Positions 58,003 through 64,000 of a stretch of 64,000 bases of DNA are shown here, piece after piece. The DNA is from Amoebidium appalachense (lineage: Eukaryota > Protista > Ichthyosporea). The DNA is taken from assembly GCA_963693365.1 (NCBI GenBank), contig CAVNZM010000001.1, positions 1,114,054 to 1,178,053 on the forward strand. Reading direction: 5' to 3'. Numbering within the stretch: position 1 is the first letter of the stretch; every line of letters starts with the position of its first letter. The notes under the pieces were generated by a model. The model had not been told where the DNA came from. It made no database searches and saw only the letters and a list, made by a program, of their open reading frames with translations. Made by a program: the position numbers and the translations under genes.

Positions 58003-60804
58003 GTCTTGCCGGGGTTGGTGCTAAACCGACCGAGGAAAGCCGATGGCATAGGCAATGTCGGGACGGGTGCACCGTGCCACCCAGAGGAGACGGCCGAGTA
58101 ACTCACGGTAGGGCACGGTGAACGGTTGGGGGGGGCAGTCAGCCAGGGAGACGGTGGTGCCTGCAGGGATGGGGGTAGACTTGGACTTGGCATCGGTGAG
58201 GTTGAAGTCGTGGATGATATCCATGATGTAAGACCTCTGGTGCATGTGGAGGTGATGGGGATCAGAGTGATTAAAATCAACACCGAGCATACGGTCAAAT
58301 GGACTCATACGACAGCTGGCCAACTTGCTGATGTGGGCAGCCAGGTCACTGGCAGCAGTAGAACCCCGGGTGTTGGTGATGGTGGAGTCGTCGACGTAGT
58401 TACCAGCCCGAACCACATCGTTGTTGGGGAAGAACCGGAGGTAGATGCACGTGTCAGTCTTAGTACGGGTCAGGCCATGGGCAAGAAGAATGCCGTCGAG
58501 GAAGTCGTACCAAGCCTTGGAGGCTTGCTTGAGGCCATACAGGGCTTTCTTGAGTCTCCAGACCTTGCCAAGTGTGGCCATGGTGATGAATCCCGGGGGT
58601 TGTTTCATGTAGATGGTCTCGGTGAGTGGGCTGTTGAGAAAGGCCGTAGACACGTCGAGTTGATGGATGTCATGACCTTCAACAACGGCCAGAGCTAGGA
58701 TAGCACGGAGAGCAGCCGGACGGATGACAGGGCTCTCAATCAACTCATAGTCAACACCGTATTGCTGACTGAAGCCTTGAGCAACACCACGGGCCTTGAT
58801 CTTGGTGTCACCAGCCGAGTTGAGAGTTTTCTCGGAGACAATCCACTTGAAGCCGACGATGTTAGCACCAAGGGGAGGGTCAACAAGTTCAAAGATGTCT
58901 TTGTCGACGAAGGCTTGATACTCAGCAGTGAGGGCTGACTTGACCTGGTCACCATTGGGTCCGGAACACAGTTGACGGACAAGTTTGGGTAGTTGGTCGA
59001 TGTTGATGGGGGGACCGGGGGGAACTGGCAGGGTGGTGGTGGCTTTAAGTCCAACCTTGCCCTGTAGACGGGCAGAACGACGGGGTGCAGGAACCGGGGG
59101 AGGTGGAGACGGGGGGGGGGAACTTGGAAGTTCGGAATTGCAGGGGGGGCAACCTCCGGGCTTGACGGGGCCGAGTGGAAGTTGTCAGGGGAGCCGGGTC
59201 GGATGGGGGTGACGTTGCCAGGGGCAGGATGAAGGTCGGCAGGCTGGACGGGCACGGGGGCAGGGGGGCCGGTGGGGGGGGGTGTCGGGGGAACGACGAT
59301 GGCAGGGGGGGGGCCAGAGTACACCAGACAAACATCATCTTCAGTGTCAACTGTGGGGGTTGGGGTGGTCGAGGTGGCAGTGGTGTCGGGGGTCGGAAGT
59401 GTTGATGGGATGTCGGATGGGAGATAAGCTGATTCGTCGAAAATCACATCACGGAAGAGACTGGCACGATGGGTGGTGGGGTTGAAGATCCGGTGGCAGT
59501 GTGATTGAAGATCATAGCCGATATACATGCCGAGTTTGACGGTGGGGGCCAGCTTGTTCCGTTTAGAGGCTGGCACATGAGTGTAGGCAGGGCAACCGAA
59601 CACTTTGAGCTCGGAGATGTCGGGCTTGACACCGTAGAAAACCTCGAATGGTGTACGACCATTGGCAGTCGTGGACGGGGTGACGTTGATGATGTAGGCG
59701 GCATGTTGGAGGGCCTCAGCCCACAGTTTGGGGGACAGAGACTGATCTTGGACTTGATGGAGGAGGCAACGAACAATCTCTTGGAGGAACCGCATACGAC
59801 GTTCAACATAGCCGTTCAGTTGAGGGCAGTCCACCGGAGCATAGCTGGCCTTGATGCCCTGGGAGAGGCAAAAAGCACGGGTAGCCTTGGAGGTGAACTC
59901 GGAGCCGGAGTCGAAGTGGTAGACACCAACTTTGGAGGGGGCATGGGTAGCAACGAGGTTGGTGTGAACTGTGATAATGTCCAGGGTGGTTGTACGGTCG
60001 GCCATCGGGTAGATTTTGACGAGTCCAGAGGCACGGCAGACAGTGACGAGAGCAACCTTGGAACCTCCGTACGATGTTGTGGTAGGCTCAAAAAAATCCC
60101 AATGCCATTCATGACCGGGGATGTTGGAGTGAGGACGGTCACCCTTGAACGGAGCCTTGGTGGTTTTACCCATAATGCAGCCATGACAATCAGGAACATC
60201 ACAGTCGAGGACAGACGAGGGGAGACCAATAACAAGGTCGTGTTTCACCATGTCTTTGATGCTGGTCATAGCACGGTGCCCCAGACGATGGTGGCACCAG
60301 ATGGATGGGTTAATACTGGTAGTGGCAGCCAGAGCCACAGGACGAGTGGGTGGTTGAATGGTGTAGTCCTTGAAGTAATACAGACCGTTGTGTAGACGGA
60401 GGTTGACGAGATGACGGCCGGTGAGTCGGTCGAAGAGGAATGACGGAGTGGAGGCATCATTCAAATCACCCTTGATGTATTCGGCAGCAGCTTGGGATGT
60501 TGAAATGAGGAAGGCTTGGCCAGACGGGGTGTAGTAGGCTTCAATGGTAAGGGAGGCAGTGCCATGGTCGGTGGTGGTGTTGATGACGATACGGCCGGTG
60601 TGGGTGGCCAAGACGGGGGTTCCATTGAAGGCAGCAACGGGAGTCGGTGTCGGAAGGGGAGGGAGGTCATGGAAGAACTCACGGTTGGGGCAGACAGTCA
60701 TGTTGCACCCGGAATCCCAGGCAGGGTCGGAGGACACGGGGACGGAGCTAGCATTGTATGCCGAGAAAGCAAAGGAGACAGATTTCTCACTGCCTTGACG
60801 GGAA
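58003..60804 (-). pseudogene. Copia A internal fragment (protease, integrase, RT)
   Basis: ORFs 58740-60737 and 58021-58743 are near-identical to copy A1; both ends are truncated. Confidence 0.92.
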
Positions 60805-62725
60805 TGTTATAATACGTGGTATTTACATATTGTAAGATCTTCTCAGTTCGTGTTATGTTTTCATTCATTCACTTAGTGAAAGAGATGTGCTCCTTGTACG
60901 TAAATTATGAGATCGATCTCCAGTGTATTTGAGTACTTGTAATCGTGTTGTGTCGGCTATATTCGTGTGTTTAGATATCGATTACAGCAACTGATTATAG
61001 GTACACGAGTCTACCCAGTAAGGGAGAAACGTGTACATGTTATGTGTACATGAATATCTTCGGTTATAACTGTGTTTTGCTGTTCGTGTTTTCTGTCCTG
61101 CTTTCTTTTCTTTTTCCTCTTTCTTCTTCTTTCTTTTCTCTTTCTTTCTTCTCTTGTTTCCTTTCACATAATTACATTTCTCTCTCACTAATATACGTTG
61201 AGTAGATTTATATTACTCGTTATGTTTTGATTGGTAGAAAAAACACTTAGGCTACACTTTAGCTTGTCAGGTATGATTCATAGCTTAGTCAAACACTTTT
61301 GTTTTGTGTGTTGCCTTACTATATCCAATCAGTGGGCTTAGTCAGAAAATGTCTGAGTCTTTGTAGCCGATGATAGGTTAGAAACATCACCTCTTTCCTC
61401 GTTACTCTTCACCTCTTTTCTTTCTTATAGCTGTGACCTATGGTGTGCGTTCCTGTGCCTCCGGATCTATCCGGGAAATAATCAGTTAATTGTGATTGGT
61501 TATTTTAGACATAGATCTGATTTCCGACTGGTCGGAAATCATGTATGGATTTAACTTAAGCGAATTTCAGGTATTTATTAGCGATCAAAATAAATTGAGT
61601 TCAGTCGTGTCTAAACATTGATGTCTGTTGTGTACACTTCTCCGATCGCTCCGTGTTTTGTTGTTGTGTGTGTCTGTGGTGTTTTCACACTGCACCACTG
61701 TGTCTCTGCTTACATCCCAAATACTTATACAATTAAACAGGTTATGCAGCCCTTTTGCACGCTCCCTACACACATCTAGCACTCGCGCTCGTTTTTCAAT
61801 CATGGATCCAAACAAAACTGGCGTAAACAAAATCACCATGTGGAAAGGTGAAGGGAAGACTGGTCCCGATAGCAAAACCACCTATTTTCAATGGGAAATC
61901 ATTTTTCTCGGCATGATGACCGGCACTAAAGGTGTCCGACTCGTGGATGTTGTACTTGCTGACAACTACGTCCCCCCTACCACCGTCGCGGTTGACGGTG
62001 AACCCCCCTTCTATGGCTACGGCACTACCGCGGAACTCAAGGAGGCCCGCAATTGCCTCCTGCTCCATATGATACAGAACATCGACCCTTCCGTCCTCAC
62101 CACAGTTGCCCAGTACCGTATTGGCATGGACCCTGAACGGGCCATGTGGAAATTCCGTCAACACTACCTCCAAGGCAAACCCGATCAGATCCGCATCCTT
62201 CACCGTCAGTGGGATGCCTGTGCCCTTCAGCCCGGTGAATCATTCACCACCTACCTGAGCCGTCTGCAGACCATCGTAAACCAGCTCCAGTCTCTCCAAG
62301 ATGAGTCCATTCACTTCACTCGTCTAGCTGAGAAGTTCTTCAATGAACTCACCACCAGAGACGACCTCACCCCCGAGTTCAACCGTCTTATCGAAGACTA
62401 TCACTTCGGTGATAAGCTATTCCCCGACTTCGAGTCCCTCCACAACCACGTCAAGGGCATCGAGTTACGTCAGGACCTCAAGATGCAACTCCGGAGCAAC
62501 CGTGCCCACCGTGCCTCCAAGTCCAGCATGGCATTAAATGCCAGTGCTCCCCCCCCGTGATCTTCCTCGCCGTGACTTACGCACCCGACTTGACCGTACC
62601 CCTGGTACGGACCTCCGAACTCGTCTCTCCCGTCAGCACACCCGATCCCGTTCCCCTCACCGGCCTGCCTTCCGGTCCACGTCTCGTTCCCCCAGTCGTT
62701 CCCGTTTCTCGGGTTCCCGTCGTTC
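60805..62725 (+). mobile_element. Copia A 5' LTR (subtype 2, 60805-61739), PBS and truncated gag (from 61802)
   Basis: LTR followed by GGTTATGCAGCCC and MDPNKTGVNKITMW...; similarity stops at about 62725. Confidence 0.9.
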
Positions 62726-63036
62726 TTGTAAACAACTGTACACATGAACTGTACATGTTGACTAAAGAATGTGATCTACTAGCACACAATTCGCTCTTTG
62801 TCATGAATATCACATAAATATTATGTCCACACCAATAGGAATCAATCTTACCTAAGAAATGAACCATGTATGATTCTACCGCTGCATACCACATAAACGA
62901 AGTGAACCAATAAGATGTTTGCATAAATAGGACGAAGGTCTGACTGGCTTGGACCGCACCAGAATCACGAATGGCATGTTGCCACCCGCGCTGGCCGCGG
63001 ATGAAGCAATCCTGGGCCTTGATCCGAAACCTGGGG

Positions 63037-63971
63037 TGTTATAATACGTAGTATTTACATATTGTAAGATCTTCTCAGTTCGTGTTATGTTTTCATTCAT
63101 TTACTTAATGAAAAAGATGTGCTCCTTGTACGTAAATTATGACATCGATCTCCAGTGTATTTGAGTACTTGTAATCGTGTTGTGTCGGCTATATTCGTGT
63201 GTTTAGATATCGATTACAGCAACTGATTATAGGTACACGAGTCTACCCAGTGAGGGAGAAACGTGTACATGTTATGTGTACATGAATATCTTCGGTTATA
63301 ACTGTGTTTTGCTGTTCGTGTTTTCTGTCCTGCTTTCTTTTCTTTTTTTCCTCTTTCTTCTTCTTTCTTTTCTCTTTCTTTCTTCTCTTGTTTCCTTTCA
63401 CATAATTATATTTCTCTCTCACTAATATACGTTGAGTAGATTTATATTACTCGTTATGTTTTGATTGGTAGAAAAACACTTAGGCTACACTTTAGCTTGT
63501 CAGGTATGATTCATAGCTTAGTCAAACACTTTTGTTTTGTGTGTTGCCGTACTATATCCAATCAGTGGACTTAGTCAGAAAATGTCTGAGTCTTTGTAGC
63601 CGATGATAGGTTAGAAACATCACCTCTTTCCTCGTTACTCTTCACCTCTTTTCTTTCTTATAGCTGTGACCTATGGTGTGCGTTCCTGTGTCTCCGGATC
63701 TATCCGGGAAATAATCAGTTAATTGTGATTGGTTATTTTAGACATAGATCTGATTTCCGACTGGTCGGAAATCATGTATGGATTTAACTTAAGGGAATTT
63801 CAGGTATTTATTAGCGATCAAAATAAATTGAGTTCAGTCGTGTCTAAACATTGATGTCTGTTGTGTACACTTCTCCGATCCTTCCGTGTTTTGTTGTTGT
63901 GTGTCTGTGGTGTTTTCACACTGCACCACTGTGTCTCTGCTTTCATCCCAAAATACTTATACAATTTAACA
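63037..63971 (+). mobile_element. Copia A LTR (subtype 2), no matching TSD
   Basis: Reverse complement of 34310-35242. Flanks TGGGG and ATAAC differ, and no PBS follows. Confidence 0.88.
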
Positions 63972-64000
63972 ATAACAAAGCCGTCCCAGTACGGGGATCA

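Noticed and set aside
60805-63971. A single intact LTR element bounded by the last two LTRs
   Set aside because: Flanks GGGAA and ATAAC do not match, the internal region is truncated, and 62726-63036 is unrelated (possibly an exon fragment, too short to call).

Overview
Eukaryotic, almost entirely transposon-derived window: spliceosomal introns, poly-G/C and (CA)n tracts, and no ordinary host gene. A unicellular opisthokont such as an ichthyosporean or early-diverging fungus is my guess, by inference only. Peeling nested insertions by their TSDs leaves one giant DNA transposon at 5510-57152 (15-bp TIRs, about 18 kb after removing insertions) with two divergent multi-exon genes. One is an apparently intact 8-exon Plavaka-type transposase (minus strand, about 1021 aa). 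The other is an 8-exon gene of about 930 aa (plus strand) whose N-terminal half is a KDM4/JMJD2-type JmjC histone-demethylase domain with intact Fe and Zn ligands; two Copia insertions split it. This suggests a transposon carrying its own candidate anti-silencing chromatin eraser. The giant element sits inside a degenerate minus-strand LTR element that also hosts a 659-bp TRIM whose LTRs contain a tRNA-like Pol III unit. Also present: two Copia families (full-length, truncated, solo LTRs), an RNase H-bearing LINE (2 copies), a second LINE with an invariant non-poly(A) 3' end (3 copies, one only 30 bp), intronic 366-bp and 183-bp tandem arrays, and a second tRNA-like Pol III unit. Coordinates were read by eye and may be off by a few bases. 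Several frameshifts fall in homopolymers and may be sequencing errors.
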